A stretch of 64,000 nt of DNA from the NCBI GenBank assembly GCA_964641245.1, contig CAZXML010000001.1:45065-109064 (forward strand), in the 5' to 3' direction. This document shows, in pieces, positions 46,984-55,582 of this stretch (position 1 is its first letter; the number at the start of each line of letters is the position of its first letter). The stretch is from an uncultured Gammaproteobacteria bacterium (GTDB lineage: Bacteria; Patescibacteriota; Patescibacteriia; Magasanikbacterales; GWA2-37-8). The position numbers and the translations under genes were made by a program. Below the pieces are notes generated by a model, which was given only the letters and a program-made list of their open reading frames with translations, was not told the origin of the DNA and ran no database searches.

Positions 46984-47757
46984 ATGGAAAATCTATTGCT
47001 GCCGTCAAAAATAGAGTTCGTGCCAGGAGACGCCCCAAACAAAGGGCAATTAATTGTGTCACCGTGCTTTTTTGGCTACGGCACAACTTTGGGCAACACT
47101 TTAAGACGCGTTTTGCTTTCTTCTCTTCCCGGAGCCGCGGTTGAAGCCTTAAAAATAAAAGGCGTTTCCCACGAATTCAGTTCCGCCGAAGGTTTAAAAG
47201 ACGATGTGGTAGATATAATTTTAAGCTTAAAACAATTAGCTGTCAGAGTTTTTATAGATGAACCGGTTACCTTACACATCAGCAAGAAAGGCCCGGGCGA
47301 AGTCACCGCCGCCGACATCGAACCAAATGCCAGTGTGCAAATTATGAATCCGGATTTGGTTTTGGCTACCCTTACCTCCAACAAAACTTTTGAAATGGAT
47401 TTGGTTGTTGGTCGCGGACGCGGTTTTAAACCGGTAGAAGAAAAAGACAAAAAGCACTATGATTTGGGTACTATCGTTATCGATTCCATTTACACCCCAA
47501 TCAAAGATGTCGGCTATAATGTTGAATACACCCGCGTGGGCGATATCACCAACTACGAAAAGTTAATTTTAAATATCGAAACTAACGGCACTATCACTCC
47601 AAGTGAAGCCGTTAAACAAACCACCCAGATTATAATGGATCACTTTGCTATTATCGCCGCCGCCGCTGCCGAAATAATCGAAGAAATGCCGGTACCGGTT
47701 ACAGCCGAAGAAGAACCAAAAGCCAAGAAAGCTAAAAAAGCTAAAAAGAAAGCGTAA
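46984..47757 (+). CDS. rpoA: RNA polymerase alpha subunit consisting of the N-terminal domain only, with a Lys-rich tail
   Basis: Alpha-NTD motifs GYGTTLGNTLRRVLLSSLPGAAV and ...RGRGF. It ends after ~235 aa with EEPKAKKAKKAKKKA. No alpha-CTD follows. Confidence 0.8.
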   Translation: MENLLLPSKIEFVPGDAPNKGQLIVSPCFFGYGTTLGNTLRRVLLSSLPGAAVEALKIKGVSHEFSSAEGLKDDVVDIILSLKQLAVRVFIDEPVTLHISKKGPGEVTAADIEPNASVQIMNPDLVLATLTSNKTFEMDLVVGRGRGFKPVEEKDKKHYDLGTIVIDSIYTPIKDVGYNVEYTRVGDITNYEKLILNIETNGTITPSEAVKQTTQIIMDHFAIIAAAAAEIIEEMPVPVTAEEEPKAKKAKKAKKKA

Positions 47758-47765
47758 TTAACACC

Positions 47766-47833
47766 TGTCATCCTGAACTAGTTTCAGGATCTACGGAATC
47801 CCCGAAAGATGCTGAAACAAGTTCAGCATGACA
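47766..47833. repeat. Family-C element (inverted)
   Basis: TGTCATCCTGAACTAGTTTCAGGATC...GATGCTGAAACAAGTTCAGCATGACA. Confidence 0.8.
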
Positions 47834-47849
47834 CAATACTAAATATCAT

Positions 47850-48200
47850 ATGCGTCACCAAAAGAACAAGGTTACCTTAGATAGAAAGACAGCCGCGCGC
47901 CGATCTCTTTTGGCAAACCTGGCTGAGAGTTTGATTATATACGAAAAAATAAAAACCACTAAAGCCAAGGCCAAAGCTTTGCGCCCTTACGTGGAACGCC
48001 TAATCACCAAAGCCAAACTGCAAACTTTAGCCGCCCGCAGAGATATCATGAAGTCATTATACACTCAAAATGCGGTTAAAAAGTTAATGGAGAACTTGGC
48101 CCCAAGATTTAAAGAAAGACCAGGTGGCTTTACCCGTATCATCATGATTCGAAACAGAAAAGGCGACGGCGCTGAAGAGGTTCTTATCGAGTTAGTATAA
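47850..48200 (+). CDS. rplQ: 50S ribosomal protein L17
   Basis: MRHQKNKVTLDRKTAARRSLLANLAESLI. Confidence 0.9.
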   Translation: MRHQKNKVTLDRKTAARRSLLANLAESLIIYEKIKTTKAKAKALRPYVERLITKAKLQTLAARRDIMKSLYTQNAVKKLMENLAPRFKERPGGFTRIIMIRNRKGDGAEEVLIELV

Positions 48201-48204
48201 TTTA

Positions 48205-48594
48205 ATGAATATGACAACAACAGCGATTAAAAGAAAAAAAATATCTTTAGACGCCTCCGGCCAGATTGTCGGCCGTTTAGCTACCAAAATTGCTATGATT
48301 TTGATGGGCAAAAACAAACCGGATTTCCAGCGCCACATAGACACCGGAGATAAAGTGGAAGTTTCTAACATTAAAGAAATCCGTTTTACCGGAAAAAAGG
48401 CTATCAGCAAAGAATATAGACACCACAGTTTACACCCGGGTGGTTTAAAAATTAAAACAGCCCAGACTTTGATAAAAGAAGATCCGGAAGAAATTCTTAA
48501 GCACGCTGTTTCCAGAATGTTGCCAAAAAACAAAATGCGCACCGCCAGATTATTGCGTATTAAATTTATAAATCAAATAACAAAAAACAATTAG
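48205..48594 (+). CDS. rplM: 50S ribosomal protein L13
   Basis: LDASGQIVGRLATKIAMILMGKNKPDF. Confidence 0.85.
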   Translation: MNMTTTAIKRKKISLDASGQIVGRLATKIAMILMGKNKPDFQRHIDTGDKVEVSNIKEIRFTGKKAISKEYRHHSLHPGGLKIKTAQTLIKEDPEEILKHAVSRMLPKNKMRTARLLRIKFINQITKNN

Positions 48595-48653
48595 CAATAA
48601 ACAAACGGTTTGTTGCTTGTTAATTGCTAGTTGCTAATTGTTAATTAAATACT

Positions 48654-49073
48654 ATGCCAAAGATTGCAAAGACAAAAGAAACAGCAGGGGATTCGCTTCG
48701 TTCGGTTGGACGACGTAAAACCGCATCGGCCCGTGTTCGCTTAACACCGGGTACCGGCAAAATCACCATCAACGGAAAAGATTTTAAAACCTATCTTCCT
48801 TATTTTGAATGGCAAAATATCGTGATGGCCCCGCTGGTAGCCGTCGGTAAAGAAAAAACTTTCGATGTTTCCGTAAAAATCGTCGGTGGCGGCCAAAAAG
48901 GCCAAGCAACCGCCGTCCAATTGGGCATTGCCCGCGCTTTGGTAAAATGGAACGAAGATTTAAAGAAATCACTAAAAACTCAAGGTTATTTAACCCGCGA
49001 CGCCCGCGTCAAAGAACGCAAGAAACCCGGTCTCAAACGCGCCCGCCGAGCACCACAGTGGTCCAAACGTTAA
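48654..49073 (+). CDS. rpsI: 30S ribosomal protein S9
   Basis: GRRKTASARVRL..G.G.I.ING...GGGQKGQATAVQLGIARAL...LTRDARVKERKK. Confidence 0.9.
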   Translation: MPKIAKTKETAGDSLRSVGRRKTASARVRLTPGTGKITINGKDFKTYLPYFEWQNIVMAPLVAVGKEKTFDVSVKIVGGGQKGQATAVQLGIARALVKWNEDLKKSLKTQGYLTRDARVKERKKPGLKRARRAPQWSKR

Positions 49074-49079
49074 TCGATT

Positions 49080-49112
49080 ATTTAAAAAGCCTTCGCACTT
49101 GCAGAGGCTTTT
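49080..49112 (+). terminator. Rho-independent terminator
   Basis: AAAAAGCCTTCGCACTTGCAGAGGCTTTTTT. Confidence 0.65.
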
Positions 49113-49205
49113 TTAGTTGACGGGCAATTGTCATTCCCGCTTGCGGCGGGAATGACAGTAAAATCGTTTGTTTTTTTGGTGTCACTAGGGTAAAATATAC
49201 CCATT

Positions 49206-50651
49206 ATGTCCTACACCGTCGCCCAAAACACCTCTTTTCTCACCATCGCCTCTGTTCTGCAAAAGGTAATTTCTTTTTTTTACTTTATTTTTGTCGCCCG
49301 AATAATTCAGGTAGAAAATACCGGCGTGTATTTTTTTGCCATTGCTTTTACAACTATTTTTATTGTGGTGGCCGATTTTGGTATGGGCTCGGTTTTAACC
49401 AGAGAAGCGTCCCGTTTTCCGGACAGATCCGAAAGTTATTTCAACACCGTTTTTTGGACAAAAGTAATTTTTGGCGCCGGCACTTATTTATTGGTGGTTT
49501 TGTTCGCCAATATTTTAAAATATCCGGAAACCACCAAACTGCTTATCTATGTTTCCGGTATTACCATGTTCCTGGACAATCTTACCGGCGCGTTCAACAG
49601 TATTTTTCGGGCCAAGAAAAATCTAATCTATGAATCTCTGGGTATTATCATCTCCCAATTCACTACCTTGCTTATCGGCACTTTTGCGTTGCTTAATCAC
49701 TGGCCGCTTGTCTGGCTTATCCTGGCCTACACTATTCCCAGTTTTTTAAACTTAATTTACATTAGAATTTTTTTAAAAAAAGTTTACAACATCGGCGTTC
49801 ATTTTGTCTGGCAAAGCCAGGTGTTTAAAATTTTTCTGGCCACAGCCCTGCCGTTTGCTTTGGCGGGTATTATCGGCCGGTTGTTTTCTTTCAGCGATTC
49901 TCTGCTTATGTCTAAACTGCTTTCCGCTAAAGAGCTGGGGTGGTGGAGCGTGTCGTACAAAATCACTTTTGCTTTCCAGTTTATTCCCGTGGCCTTATCC
50001 GCCAGTGTTTACCCCGTTTTCAGCAGTTTATTTTTAACCAACAAAATGGCCATTGGTCCGTTGTTCGAAAAATCATGGCGTTATTTATTTGCCATTATTT
50101 TCCCCATCGCCTTTGGGCTCATTGCCATTGCCGATCCGGTGGTACGCAAAGTTTTTGGCCAGGAATTTTCGCCCTCCATCACACCCCTGCGATTTTTGCT
50201 GATTAGTTTAATTTTTGGATTTTTGTCATTTATAACCGGCGCTTTGCTCAATGCCATCAACAAACAAAAAACACAAACCGCACTAATGGCTGTAGTTTTA
50301 GTTATAAATGTTATTTTAAATATAATTTTATTGCCGAAGCTGGGAATTACCGGCGCAGCCATTTCGGCGCTGGCCAGCAATGCCGTTCTTTGTCTGGCCG
50401 GCCTCTATTTTGCCCGCCGCCAAGTGGCCATAGATTCCACAAAACTTCTAAAATACATCAACCAAACCCTCTGGCCATCCCTAGCCATGGCCGCCGTCGT
50501 CTACTACCTTTCCAATAAAATTCATTACCTCCCCACAATTTTAATCGGTGGCGCAATTTATCTGATTTTGATTTGTTTTACCGGCGTTGTTACCAGAAAC
50601 CATGTTTCGATAATTATTGATAAATTAAAGCCGAAACGTCGAATTGCGTAG
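49206..50651 (+). CDS. Polysaccharide flippase (Wzx/MOP superfamily)
   Basis: 481 aa with ~14 TM helices. The loop pattern is flippase-like. Confidence 0.6.
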   Translation: MSYTVAQNTSFLTIASVLQKVISFFYFIFVARIIQVENTGVYFFAIAFTTIFIVVADFGMGSVLTREASRFPDRSESYFNTVFWTKVIFGAGTYLLVVLFANILKYPETTKLLIYVSGITMFLDNLTGAFNSIFRAKKNLIYESLGIIISQFTTLLIGTFALLNHWPLVWLILAYTIPSFLNLIYIRIFLKKVYNIGVHFVWQSQVFKIFLATALPFALAGIIGRLFSFSDSLLMSKLLSAKELGWWSVSYKITFAFQFIPVALSASVYPVFSSLFLTNKMAIGPLFEKSWRYLFAIIFPIAFGLIAIADPVVRKVFGQEFSPSITPLRFLLISLIFGFLSFITGALLNAINKQKTQTALMAVVLVINVILNIILLPKLGITGAAISALASNAVLCLAGLYFARRQVAIDSTKLLKYINQTLWPSLAMAAVVYYLSNKIHYLPTILIGGAIYLILICFTGVVTRNHVSIIIDKLKPKRRIA

Positions 50652-50663
50652 CGTCGTCAATTT

Positions 50664-50744
50664 TGTCATTCTGAGCAAAGCGAAGAATCTCTGTCCGTAC
50701 AATCACAACTAGACAGAGATCCTTCACTACGTTCAGGATGACAA
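50664..50744. repeat. Family-A element
   Basis: TGTCATTCTGAGCAAAGCGAAGAATCTCTGTCCG...GACAGAGATCCTTCACTACGTTCAGGATGACA. Confidence 0.85.
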
Positions 50745-50783
50745 ATCCGTATAATCCGTTAAAAATCCGTGTAATCTATAATT

Positions 50784-51908
50784 ATGAAAACCCTCATCAT
50801 CACCCTGGAATACCCGCCGCAAATCGGGGGAGTGGCATCCTACACTTACAACCTCGCCAAAAACATGTCTGGCGACGATGTTGTCGTCTACGCCCCAAAA
50901 ATGGAAGGGGACTTGGCTTTTGATAAAAAAAATAAATGGAAGGTTATGCGCGCCAATCCGTTTTATTGGTTTGCCTGGCCGAAGTGGGTAAGAATGCTGG
51001 TACACGTTTGGGACTTGGCAAAAAAAGAAAAAATCCAAATGATTTACGCTCATCATGCCTTGCCGGTGGGCTACGTGGCCTATTTATTAAAAAAATTCCA
51101 AAAAATTCCTTACGTTGTTTTTTTCCACGGCACGGATTTGGATTTAGGGATAAAAAATAAAAAAAATAAATTAAAAAAGATTTGCGCGGAGGCGGAAAAA
51201 ATAGTGGTCAACAGCGAATATCTAAAAAATAAATTTCAATCCGCTTTTGAAGATTTAAAAAAAGAAATCACCGTGGTCTATCCCTGCCCGGACGAAATTT
51301 TTTCTCGGCGCGTTCCGGAACCGGAATTAAAAAAATTAAAATCACAGCTGGCGTTGGAGGGTAAAAAAGTTATCATTACCGTCGCCCGCATCGCCGAAGG
51401 CAAAGGCTACCCGCACATCATCCGCCTGCTCCCAAAAATTCTGGAAAAAGTTCCAAACCTAGTCTGGCTTATTGTCGGAGACGGCCCTAAAAAAGACGAA
51501 GTCATAATATCCATCCAAAAAAACTTCCTGCAAAACGTCACCCGTTTCATCGGCAAAATACCCTACACCGAACTCCCCAAATACTACCAATTGGCCGATT
51601 TATTGGTGCTTTTAACGCACCCGGACGAATCTACAGCCGAAGAAGCCTGGGGCACCGCTTTCGTTGAAGCCGCCGCCTCCGGACTCCCCGTAGTGGCCGG
51701 TAGAGCCGGCGGTGTAGAAGAAGCCGTCCAAAACATGGTTTCCGGCCTGGTGGTAGACGTCTACCAAGACCAAAGCATCATCTCCGCCATCACCGAATTA
51801 TTACGCAACCCGGATTATTCCAAACAAATGGGCCAAGCCGGCAAAGAACGTGTTATACGTGAGTTTAATTGGTCAGAACAATTGAAGAAATTAGAAATTA
51901 GAAATTAG
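50784..51908 (+). CDS. Glycosyltransferase family 4 (GT-B, group 1)
   Basis: C-terminal EAWGTAFVEAAASGLPVVAGRAGGVEE (the E-x7-E region). Confidence 0.75.
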   Translation: MKTLIITLEYPPQIGGVASYTYNLAKNMSGDDVVVYAPKMEGDLAFDKKNKWKVMRANPFYWFAWPKWVRMLVHVWDLAKKEKIQMIYAHHALPVGYVAYLLKKFQKIPYVVFFHGTDLDLGIKNKKNKLKKICAEAEKIVVNSEYLKNKFQSAFEDLKKEITVVYPCPDEIFSRRVPEPELKKLKSQLALEGKKVIITVARIAEGKGYPHIIRLLPKILEKVPNLVWLIVGDGPKKDEVIISIQKNFLQNVTRFIGKIPYTELPKYYQLADLLVLLTHPDESTAEEAWGTAFVEAAASGLPVVAGRAGGVEEAVQNMVSGLVVDVYQDQSIISAITELLRNPDYSKQMGQAGKERVIREFNWSEQLKKLEIRN

Positions 51909-51913
51909 AAATT

Positions 51914-52663
51914 ATGGAATTGATAAGTGTCATCATCCCCGTCTACAACCACGCCCACACCCTAAAAAGATCCCTAGATTCTATTTTTAACCAAACCTAC
52001 CGCCCTTTAGAGGTAATCGTAGTCAACGACGGCAGCACCGACAATTTCTCCGAAGTCATGTCAAGCTGTCATCCTGAACTTGTTTCAGGATCTATCACTG
52101 TAAAAACAATCTCCCAACCCAACTCCGGCGCCCCCACCGCCCGCAACAACGGCTTCGCCCTCTCCAAAGGCGACTACGTCATCTTCTGGGACGCCGACAC
52201 CCTCGCCAACCCCCAAATGCTCCAAAAAATGTTCTCTTATTTACAAAAACACCCCGACGCTTCTTATTCCTACTCCCAATTCAAATTCGGCTGGAAAACC
52301 ATAAAAAGCCACCCCTTCGACGCTCAAAAACTAAAGCAATTAAATTACATCGACGTCACCTCCCTCATCCGCCGCCAATCTCTCAATTGTCATCCTGAAC
52401 GCAGTGAAGGATCCCTCTCTGTCTGCCCCTTCGACCCATCCCTAAAACGTTTCCAAGACTGGGACCTCTGGCTCACTCTCTTATCCCGTGGAAAAACCGG
52501 CGTCTTCATCCCCGAAGTCCTCTACGAAAAAGTAGTCGGCTCCCGCGAAGGCATCAGCACCTGGCTCCCCAGTTTTATGTATCTTCTACCCTGGAAAACC
52601 AAAGAAGTAAAAAAATACGAATCCGCCCGTTCAATCATTATAAAAAAACACAATCTATTGTAG
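51914..52663 (+). CDS. Glycosyltransferase family 2, with two in-frame partial palindromic-element insertions
   Basis: ISVIIPVYNHAHTLKRSL...LEVIVVNDGSTD, and a D.D region. The insertions encode SSCHPELVSGSITV (52063-52100) and NCHPERSEGSLSVCP (~52378-52425). Confidence 0.7.
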   Translation: MELISVIIPVYNHAHTLKRSLDSIFNQTYRPLEVIVVNDGSTDNFSEVMSSCHPELVSGSITVKTISQPNSGAPTARNNGFALSKGDYVIFWDADTLANPQMLQKMFSYLQKHPDASYSYSQFKFGWKTIKSHPFDAQKLKQLNYIDVTSLIRRQSLNCHPERSEGSLSVCPFDPSLKRFQDWDLWLTLLSRGKTGVFIPEVLYEKVVGSREGISTWLPSFMYLLPWKTKEVKKYESARSIIIKKHNLL

Positions 52664-52665
52664 TA

Positions 52666-52860
52666 TTTTGTCATCCTGAACTTGTTTCAGGATCTTTGTC
52701 CGTCAGTTGTCATCCTGTCCGTCATTTGTCATCCTGACAAAGGCCGTAGCCGCCGAAGGATCTATACCTATTAAAGAAAATCGTAAATTCGCGGCTTGTC
52801 ATCTAGTTTTTTAATTGTCATCCTGAACTTGTTTCAGGATCTATCATTTGTAAAACACCT
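52666..52860. repeat. Cluster of family-C / TGTCATCCTG hairpin elements
   Basis: At least four TGTCATCCTG termini. It matches 55184-55320. Confidence 0.75.
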
Positions 52861-52885
52861 CAGGAGAGCGTAAACTACCACCAAC

Positions 52886-53200
52886 ATGCCCACCAAAACC
52901 ATCCTCAACCGCCTCCAAAAAACCTGCGCGTGTTGCGGTAAAGCAATTCATGTCATCGTCTATTCTCCCGCAGCGAGCGGGATCCTCGACTCGTGGAGTC
53001 GGGAAAAAAAAGATTATCGCGGCGGCCATTTCTTTGGAAAACTCCCGCTATATACCAAAAAAGAGGAAGCGCGCGCCCACAGTTTTGGTTTTACAAAAGA
53101 ACTTTTTGGAAAAACAGAGGTAAGAGTCATGAAAAAAGACCCTAAGCCGTATGGGTATGTGGAGTATTGGGAGTGTCCGAAGTGTTATTGGCAAGGATAA
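52886..53200 (+). CDS. Small Cys-rich (zinc-ribbon-like) protein
   Basis: CACCGK...CPKCYW. It contains a CCCGCAGCGAGCGGGATCCTCGACTCGTGGAGTCGGG hairpin in frame. Confidence 0.45.
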   Translation: MPTKTILNRLQKTCACCGKAIHVIVYSPAASGILDSWSREKKDYRGGHFFGKLPLYTKKEEARAHSFGFTKELFGKTEVRVMKKDPKPYGYVEYWECPKCYWQG

Positions 53201-53404
53201 AACGAAGCCGTTCACTGGGCGGTTTTCGGCTTGAGTTTTGGGTGGGGAGGGGTGTTCGCTCAATGGTTCTCTCCCCATTTATTTGCAAGTCGAGTGAGAG
53301 AAAAGGACACAAAGTGTACTTTTCCGAGCGAGCGAAGCAAATATGTGGCAAAGCCCATATGGGAGAGATAAAGAGAGGGGTATTTTTCCCTTAAAATTTT
53401 TTTT

Positions 53405-53782
53405 ATGAAGCTAACCAAGATACAAATACAGGAAATTTGGGGTGATGACGGACCGTATTCTCAAGTGCAAATGATAGTGGAGACACGCATATTAGACGAC
53501 TCGGTAAGTCGAATTTTTATAAATGTTGAGGCTCAAATAAATCCCTTAACTTATAAAACCATAAAGCAGAATATAAATAAGTTTGAGGACGACGAGAAGA
53601 TACAACAGCTTTTTGATCATGCGCAATATCGAGGTAATAGTTATGGTTATGTAGCCAGTTCATTTTCAGAGGAGTTTACGGGTCCGGACGTTTTAGAACG
53701 AGCTCAATTTGCGGTCGAGTATACAAAGGAAAGTATAATTAAAATGCATAAATTTGTAATGGATTTGTTTGATATCGGGTAA
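53405..53782 (+). CDS. Hypothetical protein
   Basis: ORF only. Confidence 0.3.
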   Translation: MKLTKIQIQEIWGDDGPYSQVQMIVETRILDDSVSRIFINVEAQINPLTYKTIKQNINKFEDDEKIQQLFDHAQYRGNSYGYVASSFSEEFTGPDVLERAQFAVEYTKESIIKMHKFVMDLFDIG

Positions 53783-53990
53783 ACCTATGAGAAAAAAATC
53801 AAAAATAAAGCAACTACAATTATCGTCGGTAAAAAAAAGCAAAAAAATGGCTTGCAGGCACGACTATAAAAATGCAATTAAAGTTGGCAATATAGATTAT
53901 CAATGTCCGTTGTGCGGCAAGCTTTTAGATCCGCTCGAATGGTTCCTTATGAACAGCTTTAATTTTATTGATGTTGAAATTGAAAAATAA
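53769..53990 (+). CDS. Small Lys-rich zinc-ribbon protein
   Basis: CRHDY...CPLCGK. Confidence 0.3.
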   Translation: MISGKPMRKKSKIKQLQLSSVKKSKKMACRHDYKNAIKVGNIDYQCPLCGKLLDPLEWFLMNSFNFIDVEIEK

Positions 53991-53991
53991 T

Positions 53992-54222
53992 ATGAATGAC
54001 CTTATAAACATTAAAGTAATTCAGAAAGATTTTAACGGTGAGAAAAAGCGGTTCGTTAATGCCAGAGAATTGTATAAATGGCTGGGCGTGGGTAGAGATT
54101 TTTCCAATTGGATAAAAGACAGAATTGAAAAGTATGATTTTGTAGAAGACCTTGATTATTTTATAGCCATCGCCAAATTTGGCGATGGACTAAAACCCCA
54201 TAACACAGGCAAAATCGTATGA
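53992..54222 (+). CDS. AntA/AntB-type phage antirepressor N-terminal domain protein
   Basis: FVNARELYKWLGVGRDFSNWIKDRIEKYDFVEDLDYF matches the AntA-domain pattern. Confidence 0.5.
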   Translation: MNDLINIKVIQKDFNGEKKRFVNARELYKWLGVGRDFSNWIKDRIEKYDFVEDLDYFIAIAKFGDGLKPHNTGKIV

Positions 54223-54362
54223 TAGTAAAACGTAAAAAAGAATATTATGTCCTCTCCGAAAAAACCCGCAAAAATCTAGGCGGGCCGTATAAAACTCGGG
54301 CCGAGGCTGTTAAACGGTTGGGGCAGGTTGAGTTTTTTAAGCATAGGAAATAAGTTATATTT

Positions 54363-55013
54363 ATGTGGTATTTGTACTTAGACGAAAGTGGTGATTTGGG
54401 TTTTGATTTTGTAAATAAAAAACCATCGAAATTTTTTACGGTTGCCATTTTGGCATTGAGCACCCGCGACGCTAATCGCCAGATGATTAAAGCGGTTAAA
54501 ATTACGTTGCGTCGCAAGCTCAACAGCGCCAAGCGTCAAAAAAGAATCGCTCAGGAACTTAAAGGTACTGGTACAACGATAGAAGTAAAAAAGTATTTTT
54601 TCGGAAAGGCAAAAAAAATTAAATTTGGCATCTACTCTATAACGTTGAATAAGAAAAAAGTTTTTGAAAGATTAGCTAAAGATAAGCCGCGTATCTATAA
54701 CTATATCGCTCGTAAAGTTTTAGACCAAATTCCTTTTGAAAAGAATAATGGTGATAGGGTAGAGTTAATATTAGATAAATCAATGGCTAAACCGGAGATC
54801 GCTGAGTTTAATTCCTACATTCGTCGACAGTTGGAGGGCCGTTTATCACCCACCATTCCTTTGGATATTTATCACTGGCTTTCGCATGAGAATTACGGCT
54901 TGCAGGCTGTGGATTTGTTTTCTTGGGGGATATTTCAAAAATATGAACGACAAAACACCGAATGGTATGGTGTATTTGATGAAAAAGTAAGATTTGATGA
55001 ACAATTTTTATAA
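54363..55013 (+). CDS. DUF3800 family protein
   Basis: The N-terminal YLYLDESGD motif is the hallmark of DUF3800. Confidence 0.55.
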   Translation: MWYLYLDESGDLGFDFVNKKPSKFFTVAILALSTRDANRQMIKAVKITLRRKLNSAKRQKRIAQELKGTGTTIEVKKYFFGKAKKIKFGIYSITLNKKKVFERLAKDKPRIYNYIARKVLDQIPFEKNNGDRVELILDKSMAKPEIAEFNSYIRRQLEGRLSPTIPLDIYHWLSHENYGLQAVDLFSWGIFQKYERQNTEWYGVFDEKVRFDEQFL

Positions 55014-55183
55014 AACAAAAAAGCCCCTTGCGGGGAGGTAGCCTTATAGATTTGTGATGCCTAGATTATAGCCAACCGATGGATGGGAACATCTAGAACA
55101 ATCTACAAAGGACTTATACCTGACTCTAGAATACAGCTTTTTAACCTAAATGTCAATAGTTATCCACAGGTCATTTTATGCCT

Positions 55184-55340
55184 GTCATTCCCGCTTGTCA
55201 CTTGTCATCTCGCGTCTTTAACTGTCATCCTGAGCGAAGCGTAGGATCTATACCTATAAAAGAAAATCGTAAATTCGTATCTTGTCATCCTGAACTTGTT
55301 TCAGGATCTATTAGTTGTAAAACACCCCCAAAAAGCGTAA
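55184..55340. repeat. Cluster of family-D (TGTCATTCCCGC), short TGTCATC and family-C hairpin elements
   Basis: It matches the 52666-52860 cluster. Confidence 0.75.
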
Positions 55341-55352
55341 AATACAACCAAT

Positions 55353-55505
55353 ATGCCCACCAAAACAATCCTCAAACGCCTACAAAAAACCTGCGCGTGC
55401 TGCGGAAAAGCAATTCATGTTATTGTCTATTCTCCCGCAGCGAGCGGGATCCTCGACTCGTGGAGTCGGGACAAAAAAGATTATCGCGGCGGTTTTTTTA
55501 TTTAA
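55353..55505 (+). pseudogene. Truncated duplicate of the 52886-53200 Zn-ribbon gene
   Basis: MPTKTILKRLQKTCACCGKAIHVIVYSPAASGILDSWSRDKKDYRGG then a stop. It is ~90% identical to the first 50 codons of the upstream copy. Confidence 0.6.
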
Positions 55506-55582
55506 GTTTTAGGTGGCTCTCTCCCTATTTAGGGGAGAGATACAGAGTGGGGTATTTTTACCTTTATGTGTTTAGTTATTTT

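Larger units (their letters stand above)
52745..55505. mobile_element. About 2.5-kb island flanked by ~290-bp imperfect direct repeats, with phage-like cargo
   Basis: Repeat 1 at ~52745-53040 and repeat 2 at ~55240-55495 are ~88% identical by eye. Each includes a hairpin cluster plus the first 150 nt of the Zn-ribbon gene. Cargo is an AntA-like protein, DUF3800 and small Zn-ribbon proteins. Confidence 0.45.

Noticed and set aside
1321-55340. Possibility that the repeated palindromes form a CRISPR array
   Set aside because: The copies are dispersed over 54 kb and not regularly spaced with unique spacers. They are internally palindromic over their whole length and of several families. No cas genes are present.
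55178-55582. N-terminal 135-aa extension of the radC ORF from the ORF track
   Set aside because: The extension is translation of the TGTCAT hairpin cluster and the duplicated pseudogene region. The conserved RadC domain begins at the internal ATG (55583).
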